Source: Staphylothermus marinus F1
Lineage (GTDB): Archaea > Thermoproteota > Thermoprotei_A > Sulfolobales > Desulfurococcaceae
Assembly: GCF_000015945.1 (NCBI RefSeq)
Contig: NC_009033.1
Coordinates: 930,001 to 962,000 of the forward strand
Direction: 5' to 3'
DNA: 32,000 bases
The notes beneath the pieces were generated by a model, which was not told where the DNA came from, did no database searches, and saw only the letters and a list, made by a program, of their open reading frames with translations. Positions 7,298-17,200 of this stretch are shown here, piece by piece. Each line of letters opens with the position of its first letter. The first letter of the stretch is position 1. Position numbers and translations under genes: made by a program.

Positions 7298-7786
7298 TTA
7301 TGAAATCGATAATACTAGTATGTATATTAGTGGTAATCCTATGATTAAGTATGCTATTGTTATTAGTAGTGTTGGGTTTAGTAGTGTCTCTTTGAGTCTA
7401 TCAATTCTCAGCATCAATGTTATTATGCTTAATACTGTACCTATACCTAGTAGTAGGTGTGCTGTTGCATATGTGTAGATGTTTTTGTAGAATTTCATGT
7501 CAACACTGTATTTAACAGTGGATCCTTTGATTTGATTAATTGTTATTGCATAGAATCTTCTACCAACAAATGTTGTATATTCATAATTTATTATTGTGTT
7601 TTTGAAAGAAGCTTTTCCCGCTGTAGGTGATAAATCTACGAGTTTCCATCCTGTTCCTGGTATTTCGTCTTCTAATTGAAGCGTTCCAGTCTGTATATTT
7701 GGTGGTAGTGCTAGATAGTATGATGCTATAGCTATTCCAGCTACTAGTATTGCTAATAATATTGTGTCCATTATTCCAAGCTTCAA
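7298..7786 (-). CDS. Hypothetical membrane protein
   Basis: The 162-aa ORF has an N-terminal TM helix (ILLAILVAGIAIASYYL), a central soluble segment and two C-terminal TM helices. Confidence 0.5.
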   Translation of the reverse strand: MKLGIMDTILLAILVAGIAIASYYLALPPNIQTGTLQLEDEIPGTGWKLVDLSPTAGKASFKNTIINYEYTTFVGRRFYAITINQIKGSTVKYSVDMKFYKNIYTYATAHLLLGIGTVLSIITLMLRIDRLKETLLNPTLLITIAYLIIGLPLIYILVLSIS

Positions 7787-7867
7787 CTATTATCACCGTC
7801 TCTTTCAAAAATATGTTTTCCACATATATTCGGATTAACGGGTTTCAAGTATTTAAACAATTATATT

Positions 7868-8644
7868 CTATACAGGTGTTAAGCTGGGGTGTTTTTTGAG
7901 GATTTCTTTGAATCTCATAGAATCATCCAGCATGTATACATTGTTGAATAATACATATGCTGTTTCAAAAACTCTCTGCTCAAGTATTGTGGCGAGTTTC
8001 TCGAGGTCTTCAACACTATATTTATACCTATAATTTACTTCGCCCCCTCCTATACCATGCAACCTATAATACGCGACTCCATCAACTATGCTTACTGGTT
8101 CATACCTAAACGGGTCAACTACATGTATTATGCGGTGTTCACGGAGGATCTCCCCGTATTCGCTAATGTGTTTAGCCCATTCACCCCTCGGTTCCCATCC
8201 AATCAAATACTTGTTAGAAATAATTTCTCCAGTTTTATCGAAGAATTCTAATATCCATTTCTTTGATTCTTCATTGTAAGGCATTGATCCAGGTGTTTGT
8301 AAAACTATGATTTTAGCTTCTAGAACATCTGCTATCTCCAATGTCTTTATTAATGCTTCAAGGTTTTCTCTTGTTGGTTTAAGCCATCCATAGTTTTCAA
8401 TATTTCCAGCTGGTTTGTTTTTGAGTTTTCTCCATGTAGGGCTTCTATATGGATGAGTTATTACTTGCCATGCTTTAACTGTGAACTCGAATTCTCGGGG
8501 GGCTTCAGCTCTGATTTTCTCAGCCCATTCCCTGCTTGGTAAGTTATAGAATGTATTTTGTAGCTCTACTAATCTATGTATTTTATAGTATTTTCTCCTA
8601 GAAACAGGGAATCCACAGCATCCTATCTTCACTACTTTACCCAA
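7868..8644 (-). CDS. DUF72 (UPF0759) family protein
   Basis: The 258-aa ORF reads IGCCGFPVSRRKYYKIHRLVELQNTFYNLP...FEFTVKAW...YYRLHG, which matches the DUF72 TIM-barrel family pattern. Confidence 0.7.
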   Translation of the reverse strand: MGKVVKIGCCGFPVSRRKYYKIHRLVELQNTFYNLPSREWAEKIRAEAPREFEFTVKAWQVITHPYRSPTWRKLKNKPAGNIENYGWLKPTRENLEALIKTLEIADVLEAKIIVLQTPGSMPYNEESKKWILEFFDKTGEIISNKYLIGWEPRGEWAKHISEYGEILREHRIIHVVDPFRYEPVSIVDGVAYYRLHGIGGGEVNYRYKYSVEDLEKLATILEQRVFETAYVLFNNVYMLDDSMRFKEILKKHPSLTPV

Positions 8645-8686
8645 AGATTACTAGCCTCCTACTAGTTGATTTATTGTTTAGAATAG

Positions 8687-9103
8687 TTAGCTATGTATTT
8701 CTTGTGCTCTAACTTCTCTGACTGGTTCTAATTTTTTCAATGAATCCTCTAATTCTTTTAGATTAGTTATTAGTGAACGGGAGAGGTCGACCACCATATA
8801 GCATTCTCCGATTTCTCCTCGTTTCAACACTATACATTTTGTTGCTATAATATCTATTCCTCTATCAGCTAGTTCTCTTGTTAGCTCAGCTAATACTCCC
8901 GGCCGATCCTCTACTCTAATCGATAACTCTACAAGTTTTGCTCTTTCAGGTATTGGGGACACAATTATTTCTTTCTTCTCTTTATCAGCTATTAATAGAA
9001 CAGTCATTCCCTCCCTTATATCTAGGGCTTCACGTATTGTTAGGGGAATAGTTATTCTGCCTTTAGAATCAACTTTCACGATCTCCCTTATCTTCATAAG
9101 CAA
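8687..9103 (-). CDS. AbrB/SpoVT-type DNA-binding domain fused to an ACT domain (putative ligand-responsive regulator)
   Basis: VKVDSKGRITIPLTIREALDIREGMTVLL is a SpoVT-AbrB swapped-hairpin motif. ELSIRVEDRPGVLAELTRELADRGIDIIATKC is an ACT domain signature. Confidence 0.75.
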   Translation of the reverse strand: MLMKIREIVKVDSKGRITIPLTIREALDIREGMTVLLIADKEKKEIIVSPIPERAKLVELSIRVEDRPGVLAELTRELADRGIDIIATKCIVLKRGEIGECYMVVDLSRSLITNLKELEDSLKKLEPVREVRAQEIHS

Positions 9104-9223
9104 TACACCGTTGAGAACTCGTTTCTATATTTCTCTTTATGAGTAATTATATTGTTTTATATATAAAAATAAGTTGCCCACCATGTTCCCAAATATTTGA
9201 TTCTTCCATTATTAAAAAACATG

Positions 9224-10045
9224 TTAGAAGGGGTATGGTATTTTTGTTAATGGTTTAACATTGTATTCTTCTAGTCTTGTCTTCCATTTTTCTCCGAGTG
9301 CTAGTATGACTATTATATCCGATATCTTTGCTCTAGCTCTTTCAAGTAAACTTATTACTCCACTAAGTGTTTTACCCGTATATACTACATCTGCTAATAC
9401 TAGGACATTATCTCTTTTATTGATAAGGTCTTTGTCTAGGAATAGTGTTTCGGATTCCTTAGGTGATCTAACAATTATTGCGCTATAATAGTTTACTCCT
9501 GGATATGCTCTTCTCTTAACCAATACTATTGGTGTATTCAATTCTAATCCGATCATTGTTGCTAATGGTAATACTGATTCAGCTGTAGCTATTATTTTCG
9601 TAATATTCCTACCGGCAAGCTCGAGTATTAACATAATAGTTAGTAATCTTATAATATATGGGTCTTTGAGAACACGTGATAAATCAATAATTGTGCTTTT
9701 CTCTCTTTCAACAAGTTCTCTAAGCAGATAATCTATGTCTATGGATAAAGATATTTTAGCTAAAATATTTACTGCTTGTTCATAGCTTGGAATAATGTTT
9801 CCACGAACATAGCGGCACAATACTGATTCAGGTATTCCTGTGAGGATTGATAATGATTTATAGGAGAAGCTGGGTTTTAATAGTCTTAGAATCTCGTTAG
9901 CCATTAATCTTGCTTTTAACTTGTTGAGCTTTGGTGAACTATATATTTTATTTATTCTCTCAACCATATAGTTTATTTCTGCTTGACTAGGAATTCTAAC
10001 CTTTATTTTTCTACCCGATACTTTACGTCCCAACTCCCTGTACAC
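9224..10045 (-). CDS. HTH domain plus phosphoribosyltransferase-like domain protein (PyrE-like/GfcR-type putative regulator)
   Basis: The 273-aa ORF has an N-terminal HTH (SLSILTGIPESVLCRYVRG). Its C-terminal PRTase PRPP-binding motif is VLVLADVVYTGKTL. Confidence 0.7.
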   Translation of the reverse strand: MYRELGRKVSGRKIKVRIPSQAEINYMVERINKIYSSPKLNKLKARLMANEILRLLKPSFSYKSLSILTGIPESVLCRYVRGNIIPSYEQAVNILAKISLSIDIDYLLRELVEREKSTIIDLSRVLKDPYIIRLLTIMLILELAGRNITKIIATAESVLPLATMIGLELNTPIVLVKRRAYPGVNYYSAIIVRSPKESETLFLDKDLINKRDNVLVLADVVYTGKTLSGVISLLERARAKISDIIVILALGEKWKTRLEEYNVKPLTKIPYPF

Positions 10046-10133
10046 CTTTCCCGCAATAATTATTTTTTACATTATTTGATTTAAAACATAGTATTAGGTT
10101 TTTAAATATGTGTTTTAAACCCATTATTTATTG

Positions 10134-10191
10134 GGGGATGAGCATGGTTTTAAGTGCTGATCTGGTGAAGAATAACCCACGCGGTGACCCC
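10134..10191 (+). ncRNA. C/D-box sRNA candidate (non-canonical terminal box pair)
   Basis: The layout is GGGG-AUGAGCA(C)-12 nt UGGUUUUAAGUG-CUGA(D')-UCUG-GUGAAGA(C')-12 nt AUAACCCACGCG-GUGA(D)-CCCC. Both guides have exact 12-nt spacing and a 4-bp GGGG/CCCC closing stem is present. The TATA-like TTTAAATA at 10102-10109 lies about 29 nt upstream. Confidence 0.55.
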
Positions 10192-10195
10192 TGTA

Positions 10196-10615
10196 TTGAT
10201 TAAATCAATAGAGTTTGACCCGATTCTTTCATTGTTTAATATTAGAAGAGATCATTTATACGAGGTTGTAGGAGAATCTATTAGTTCGGGAGAACCATAT
10301 GTTTTAATGTGTCGTAGATGTGGGGATTTCGAGGTATGCTTGTTTCTCCAAGCATCTCCTCTAGGAGGGGATGAGTATAGGGTTTTGTTTCATGGAGTAA
10401 TAGTTTCCGTAAGCCACGATAAACAATTGGATCGGGATCTAGAATATGTTTTTAGATTAACAGATACTGTTCGCAGTGTTAAGGGTAGGGTCTATTTTTA
10501 TATACCAAGGAATATTTCTGTAAAGGCATACAGGTTTTTATGTGGATCTGGTGGATTGAATAATGTGTATTACCGTATATTACCTGTTGAGGAAGCAATG
10601 ATTTATTTGGGATAA
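10196..10615 (+). CDS. Hypothetical protein immediately upstream of XPB
   Basis: The track ORF is 10184-10615 (143 aa) with a GTG start that sits inside the D box of the sRNA candidate. I therefore prefer the TTG at 10196 (MIKSIEFDP...). The protein contains CRRCGDFEVC, and no family is recognised. Confidence 0.45.
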   Translation: MIKSIEFDPILSLFNIRRDHLYEVVGESISSGEPYVLMCRRCGDFEVCLFLQASPLGGDEYRVLFHGVIVSVSHDKQLDRDLEYVFRLTDTVRSVKGRVYFYIPRNISVKAYRFLCGSGGLNNVYYRILPVEEAMIYLG

Positions 10616-10637
10616 GTATGGTGTTGGTGATTGTTTA

Positions 10638-12284
10638 TTGATCATTTTCAAGTCTAAGCGTTGGCTTGAAAACGATGAGTTTAAAGAGATTCTACGTGTG
10701 GCTGATTATAATGGTTTTGAAAAGGGTGTTGGAGGAGTTTTTGTTTTTAATATTGATAAAGCGTTAAGGAATGGTTATGGTTTAGAAGATGTTTTAAAAT
10801 TAATAGAGGATTATGGTTTGGAAATTGATTCTTCTAGTTTAGAGGAGTTGAAGTCTCTTTATAAATCATTATCTATACTTGTTATGTGGAATAGTAGTAA
10901 TGGTTTTGTCGAATTACACGTTCCAACAAGTATTGATCGTAGGATTAAAAGTGTTTTGAGAGAGAGCGGTGCTCGTTTCAGAGGTTATCGTGGAGACCGT
11001 GTTGTTTATAAATTGATCCCTTATAAACTATGGGATCTAATAGGTGTTCTTAGAGGAAAAGGGTTTGAAATAATTGATCGTAGCGGATTGTTACGGGATA
11101 AAAAACTACCCTACAAGATCGAGCTTAGAAAGGTAGAGCTTAGACCTTATCAGAGAGAAGCATTGGAGGCTTGGATAAAGAATAATGGTAAAGGAATAGT
11201 TGCTCTCCCCACAGGTTCTGGTAAAACACTCATAGGTATAGCAGCTATTGCTCAAACGAGTCTTAGAACATTGATAATAACTTATACTAGAGAACAAATG
11301 TTTCAGTGGCGGGAACAAATATATAAGTATACAACTGCTGAGCCTGGCTTGGTAGGTCTTATTTATAGTAGGGAGAAAAGATTAGCTCCAATAACTATAA
11401 CTACTTATCAGAGCGGTTTCAGGAATATTAAGGAATTATCTCCTTTCTTCGACTTATTAATTGTTGATGAAGTTCATCATTTACCAGCTGATAAATTCAG
11501 ATACATAGCTATACATAGTATTTCAAGGTATCGAATGGGTTTATCGGCTACTCCTGTGCGTGAGGATGGACGGCATGAAGAACTTTTCCCCTTACTAGGT
11601 GGAATAATTTATTATCGATCAGCAGCTGAGCTGGCAAATATGGGTTATCTTGCTCGTTATCGTGTATTAACTATCAAGGTCGGTCTTAGAAAGGATGAGA
11701 AAAAATTATTTGAAGACTTAAGGAAAACATATAAAGTTTTAAGTGGTGGTAGAAGCTTCAACGAAGTCTTGGATTCTGCTCTTAAAGGAGATGAGAAAGC
11801 TAAGAATGCTTTGAGAATACATAATCAGATGAGAATGATTCTTGCTAAATCTAAGTCTAAAATAGATAAAGCAGTTGAGATCGCTGAGAAAGAGTATAGA
11901 AGGGGGTCAAAAATAATAATCTTTACCCAATACATTGAACAAGCCAAGGAGATCGCTGAGAAACTTAACGCTTATCTCTTAACAGGCGAGGTTCCAGTTG
12001 AGAAGAGGAAAAGAGTGCTTGAAGAATTCAAAAATAGGGATAATGGAATACTTGTTGTAACAACAGTTGGTGATGAAGGATTAGATATACCTGATGCAAA
12101 TGTGGGAATAATTGTTTCAGGAACTGGTTCGCGTAGACAGTTTATTCAGAGGCTTGGAAGAATTCTTAGACCTAAACCTAATGGTGTAGAGGCTAGGCTG
12201 TATGAAATTGTTCTCGAGAAGACTCCGGAAGAGTATCATGCTAGGAAACGTAAACGTGTTGATCTCGATGAATACTTATATTAG
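10638..12284 (+). CDS. xpb: XPB/Rad25-type SF2 DNA helicase (3'-5' translocase)
   Basis: The 548-aa ORF has an N-terminal DRD-like domain. It is followed by RPYQREAL, ALPTGSGKT (motif I), DEVHH (motif II), GLSATP (III), VTTVGDEGLDIP (V) and QRLGRILR (VI). Confidence 0.9.
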   Translation: MIIFKSKRWLENDEFKEILRVADYNGFEKGVGGVFVFNIDKALRNGYGLEDVLKLIEDYGLEIDSSSLEELKSLYKSLSILVMWNSSNGFVELHVPTSIDRRIKSVLRESGARFRGYRGDRVVYKLIPYKLWDLIGVLRGKGFEIIDRSGLLRDKKLPYKIELRKVELRPYQREALEAWIKNNGKGIVALPTGSGKTLIGIAAIAQTSLRTLIITYTREQMFQWREQIYKYTTAEPGLVGLIYSREKRLAPITITTYQSGFRNIKELSPFFDLLIVDEVHHLPADKFRYIAIHSISRYRMGLSATPVREDGRHEELFPLLGGIIYYRSAAELANMGYLARYRVLTIKVGLRKDEKKLFEDLRKTYKVLSGGRSFNEVLDSALKGDEKAKNALRIHNQMRMILAKSKSKIDKAVEIAEKEYRRGSKIIIFTQYIEQAKEIAEKLNAYLLTGEVPVEKRKRVLEEFKNRDNGILVVTTVGDEGLDIPDANVGIIVSGTGSRRQFIQRLGRILRPKPNGVEARLYEIVLEKTPEEYHARKRKRVDLDEYLY

Positions 12285-12295
12285 TTACTGATTTT

Positions 12296-12988
12296 CTATA
12301 ATAGTATGTCGACCATGTGCCAGAAAAGTATTTTCTCTATTCTCGGTTTAGCTGGTTTATATGCTTCTACATGGATCTCGTTATTTCTACGTTCAATAAC
12401 TATGTATGGCTCAACTATATTATTTTCTCTGATCAGGAAGCCGAGCATGATTTTTCGAGGATATTCTTTAGTATATTTTTTTAGAGCGCTTCTATAAATT
12501 GGATCAGTGAATTCTCTTCTTCTGGAAAGCCATGTTAGTGGGGTATTAATGTAGTCTATAACCATGTAATCAATATATTCTTCATTAATGTTTTCGACGT
12601 GTATGGTAAGGTTAGTTCTTAGTTCTTCTCGGCCACTTTTTTCTATTAACTTATACGTTCTATAGAGGATCTCTATATTTATAGGTGATATGTCTAGCCA
12701 TGTATCTCTTAATAGTTCGATACATCTACTGTTTTCTAGTATAGAACACATTGTTAGAATGGTTTCTCTACTGATTTCTTTAAACACTATTGTGAGAGGG
12801 GCTATTGGTTGATAAAATGTTTTCTTACCTATTCTTAGCAGTGAATATCCTGGCTTAGTATTGAAATGAATTTGTTTAATATCTTGCTTAATTGCTTCTA
12901 ATAATAGTTTTCCGATTTCATCATAGCTTAAACTATATGGTTCCATCAATATTGTCCCGGAAACTATTCTCGGCATATTTTTTCCCAT
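12296..12988 (-). CDS. Hypothetical protein (convergent with XPB)
   Basis: This is the 230-aa track ORF with no recognisable motifs. Its codon usage and length are consistent with a real gene. Confidence 0.5.
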   Translation of the reverse strand: MGKNMPRIVSGTILMEPYSLSYDEIGKLLLEAIKQDIKQIHFNTKPGYSLLRIGKKTFYQPIAPLTIVFKEISRETILTMCSILENSRCIELLRDTWLDISPINIEILYRTYKLIEKSGREELRTNLTIHVENINEEYIDYMVIDYINTPLTWLSRRREFTDPIYRSALKKYTKEYPRKIMLGFLIRENNIVEPYIVIERRNNEIHVEAYKPAKPRIEKILFWHMVDILL

Positions 12989-13045
12989 AAAGTACTGTTG
13001 AGGGATTACAATATATAGCTGTTATAGTTTATAGATAGGTTTAGG

Positions 13046-13420
13046 GTGTTATATATGGGTAGCTATGATGAACACGGGTTTAAAGTATTAAGAGTGTTTC
13101 AGGCTAAGGCTCGTATTGGACAAGTTCTTAATGGTGCTAGTCATCTTGTTTTGAAGCCTGAAGACCTGTCTAGTCCTGTTGCTTTTCAAATGGCGATTAC
13201 TAGGATTATGGATACGTTGATGAAGAGTCTTCAGGAAGGACCTAAGAGAAGATATGTTGCTGAGATAAGATTTAAGGATAGCATGGGTAATCCTGTTGTT
13301 ATAGCCGTTGATCTAGGGGAGTCTCCTCCCCCATTTAGTAGTAAAGAGGTTAAGGCTAGGATAATTGTGGAACTATACGAGGAGGAGCAGGGTACTGGTG
13401 GGTTAGAAGAGTATACGTGA
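13046..13420 (+). CDS. Hypothetical protein
   Basis: The 124-aa ORF has a GTG start, with an ATG at 13055 as an alternative. Its stop overlaps the start of the next ORF (GTGA overlap). Confidence 0.5.
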   Translation: MLYMGSYDEHGFKVLRVFQAKARIGQVLNGASHLVLKPEDLSSPVAFQMAITRIMDTLMKSLQEGPKRRYVAEIRFKDSMGNPVVIAVDLGESPPPFSSKEVKARIIVELYEEEQGTGGLEEYT

Positions 13421-13740
13421 GGAAAAATAGATTGGTTATTAGTGAAGAATGTAGATCTCGTTGGAGCAGGTTACTGAAGAAAAGAGAGCTTATAGCATAT
13501 TATCTATTATGTGTTAAAAAGAAGAATGATGTATGGAATACTGGTGATATAGTAGATGTTCTAGTTAATGAGTTATTGCTTAACAATAAAACTGCATATA
13601 ACGTTTTCCGTAGACTTAAAAGAATTGGTTTACTTGTTCGCGTAGGGGAATATATGTATAAATGTATAGATTTCACTGAGTATTTTGATGAGTTATTGAA
13701 GAGTTATGTATGTGTTAAAAAGTTGAGGAGAAAACCCTAG
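13417..13740 (+). CDS. Hypothetical protein, possible winged-helix DNA-binding fold
   Basis: The 107-aa ORF has a 4-nt overlap with the upstream ORF. The segment NKTAYNVFRRLKRIGLLVRVGE resembles a wHTH recognition helix plus wing. Confidence 0.5.
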   Translation: MRKNRLVISEECRSRWSRLLKKRELIAYYLLCVKKKNDVWNTGDIVDVLVNELLLNNKTAYNVFRRLKRIGLLVRVGEYMYKCIDFTEYFDELLKSYVCVKKLRRKP

Positions 13741-13807
13741 AGCTCTATATATGGTGTTTTATTTAGAAAAACTACTTCGTATTATTGTACTGGTTTAACT
13801 GGCTTCT

Positions 13808-14104
13808 TTACTCTTTAACTTTGAGTTTTATCTCGATAGTGCTTACTCTGGTTTCGCGTCCGGCTGGGTTTGTTACTGTTTGGCTGCCGATGTTGATGTC
13901 TTCAATGTCTACTTTGCCTGGTAGGAATCTGTTCCTAACTATTTCAACTGTGTCTACTGCTTTGCTTATTGCTCTTCCCCTAGCTTTTACAACGATTTCT
14001 TTGACGCCTTGGTGTATTAGGGTTAATACTGCGATTACATAGTTCATTACGGGTTTTTTACCTACTAATACAGTATTTGCAGCTTGTGGTTGTGCCTCGG
14101 CCAT
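13808..14104 (-). CDS. albA: Chromatin protein Alba (Sso10b family)
   Basis: The 98-aa ORF reads [56 protein letters not shown]...[10 protein letters not shown], a full-length Alba signature. Confidence 0.9.
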   Translation of the reverse strand: MAEAQPQAANTVLVGKKPVMNYVIAVLTLIHQGVKEIVVKARGRAISKAVDTVEIVRNRFLPGKVDIEDINIGSQTVTNPAGRETRVSTIEIKLKVKE

Positions 14105-14224
14105 TTTTGTTTCACCTAGTTGATTAGTTGTTTCTTTGTCTGGGAGTCTTTAAATACTATATAGTCTATAAAAGCTTTTCTCTCATCTTTTAATCGGTGT
14201 TATCGGGTCTTTTCTTTTTAAACT

Positions 14225-14241
14225 AATTGTTTAAAACAATT
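14225..14241. promoter_or_regulatory. Perfect 8-1-8 inverted repeat AATTGTTT-A-AAACAATT overlapping the likely TATA box of reverse gyrase
   Basis: I read this directly from the sequence. Its centre lies about 32 nt upstream of the TTG start at 14265, consistent with a leaderless or short-leader promoter. Confidence 0.35.
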
Positions 14242-14264
14242 CTTTCAACGAGGGTGTTTATAAG

Positions 14265-17200
14265 TTGGAGAAAATACTTGATCCTATATATAAAAATCTT
14301 TGTCCAACTTGTCGTGGAGATGTTTTTGCTAATAGTTTATGGGATTTTGGAGTATGTGGAAAATGTAGTGATGAACCGGGAAATTCTATTAACGCGGTCA
14401 CTTTATATCATGCTTTTAAGGAGGATTTAGAAGATTTTACGCATTTCTTCGGAAAAGCTACCGGAGATCTCAATCCTTGGGGTGCTCAGTTAACGTGGGC
14501 TAAGAGATTATTGAATGGTGAGAACACAGTTATTGTTGCACCAACAGGCATGGGTAAAACAACTCTTCTAATAGTTTATAGTGTATATGTTGCTAAGAAC
14601 TATAATAAAAAAGTATTATTCCTCGCACCTACACGGGCGTTAGCTAAACAGATCTATACCAGGATTATTGAGGCCGTTAAAAATGTTTGTGGGACATGTA
14701 TTAATGTATTGTTTTATGATTCAGGATTAAGCAAGAAAAGAAGAGAAGAAGTACTCCTAAAGATTAAGAATAATGAGTATGATATACTTGTTTTAACAAA
14801 TCATTTCTTAATCAGACACTATGATCTCCTTGATCCGAATCATATTGGGTTAATAGTTATAGACGATGTTGACTCGTTGATGAGGAGCTCCAAGAATATA
14901 TTGAGGCTTATGAAACTCCTTGGTTTTCGAGAGGAATTAATTGAGAAAGCCAAGAAGAGAAACTCTATTATATGGAAACTAATGCTTTCAAAGTCGTTGA
15001 ATAAGGAGGAAGATTATAGAAAATATATTGAGGAATTAATAGAGATTGAAGCAGAGATAGATGAACTGCTGAGGAATTCTAGCAGGAAACAAGTAGTAAT
15101 AGCTTCCGCTACTGGTAGGATGAAGGGTATTTATGCAAAGGTTATGCGGGATCTCTTAAGAATAGATGTTTCAGGGATCACTATTTATGGTAGAAACATA
15201 ACTGATACATATCTATTAATAAGTGATCATGTAAGAGACACTGATAAAATACTAGGCTTTATAGAGACTCTTGGCCCAGGAGCTTTAATTTTCATAAGCC
15301 CAAGACATCCTTTAAAGAAGAATTTAATTGAATTAGTCGGGCTATTAAGGAGGAAGCTTGAAGAGAAAGGATACCGTGTTGCTGAAGCTAATCCTTCAAC
15401 TATTAAAAAGTTTGTTAGAGGCGAATATGATTTTCTAATAGGTAGTTCCAGCTATTATGGAGTTAGTGTCCGCGGCATAGATGCTCCTGAAACCATAAAA
15501 TACGTATTATTTATTGGTACTCCACTATTCACAGTCGAGCTTGGCTCGTTTCTTGCATCTCCTAATATGCTTATACGTGTCTCGTTAATGTTAAGTGAAG
15601 TTCTTGGTGATCAAAGGTTTCGTGGAGTTGCCTCTACAATAAGAAAGCTAGTTTTTCCACTCAATAATGGCGAGATAAAACTATTATCTATGTTGTTAAA
15701 AAATAAGATAACAATTAATGATCTTGGCAAGGATTCCCGTATAGTTAAGGTTTATGAACAAATACTGGATTTCTATAATGATATAAGAAAATCTCTTGAA
15801 GAATTATTATCTAAGAAAAAAGTTGTTGATATGAATACTATTACCTTCTACCACGATAATAACAAGTTCTACGCTTTAATTCCAGATGTAATGACATATA
15901 TACAGGCAAGCGGTAGATGTAGCAGATTATATTTAGGAAAAATGACTCATGGATTATCCTTGGTTGTAGAATATGATTTTCTAAGTAATTTAGTTAATGG
16001 ATTAAGTCTTAAGATGAACATGTTTAGCCGTGGTTTTGGTTTCAAAGATATTAATGATATTGATTTATATGAGGAGAAAAAGCTTTTAGAAAAGACTAGG
16101 AAAGAACTGAAAGGACTTGTTTTAACTTATAGAAACATATTAGTAATAGTTGAATCTCCTACTAAAGCAAAAACTATTGCTAGGTTTTTCGGAAAACCTG
16201 TTAGGAGAAAAATTGGTTCAATAAGTGTTTATGAGATACCTTTTGTTAAAGACTCTGAAGTTATACATTTAAATATTGTAGCTACTCGTGGACACTTATT
16301 CGATTTAACAACTGATCCCTCTATTCCTAATCATGGTGTTCTAATAGAGAATAACAGAATATCCCCTGTATATACTTCAATCAAGCGTTGTAGAGTTTGT
16401 GGTTATCAATTCACTTATGGAGATAGATGTCCTAGATGTGGTAGTACAAGTTTTACGGATTCATATGAGGTTGTAAATGTACTTAGAAAACTTGCTCAAG
16501 AAGCTGATGAAGTATATATTGCTACTGATCCAGATATTGAAGGTGAAAAAATAGCTTATGACGTCTACTTGACTATTAAGGGGTTCGTAGATAGGGTTTG
16601 GCGTATAGAACTACATGAAATAACACTTAATGAGTTCTTGAATGCTTTGGAGAATAAAAGAAATATTAATCTAAAACTTGTTGAAGCCGAGATTTATCGT
16701 AGAGTGCTGGATAGAGTTATAGGTTTTAGTTTAAGCCAAGAACTTTGGAGAAAATATTCTAAGAACTGGTTAGGGGCTGGAAGAGTACAGACTCCCGTGT
16801 TGGGATGGATCATTGATCACTACAATAAATATGTTTCTAATAAGTGTAGGAAAATAATATATATTACTGAGCGTGAAGGCCTCAAGTTCTCTATATGTAT
16901 TGATTTAAAAGATAGAGATCTCTACGAGAAAATGCGTAGCGTAGAATATGTAACACTTGTATTGAAGAATTCTAGAATAGAAACATTTAATCCTCCACCA
17001 CCATATACCACAGATGAACTATTATATGATGCTTCCCGTATAGGTATACCTTCAACCCTCACTATGAAGATAGCTCAAGAACTCTTTGAATCGGGGCTAA
17101 TAACTTATCATAGAACAAGTTATCACTACGTATCATCAGCTGGTATAAGTGTTGCTTCTAAATATCTTGAAAACAAGAATCTATCGAAACATTTTCATCC

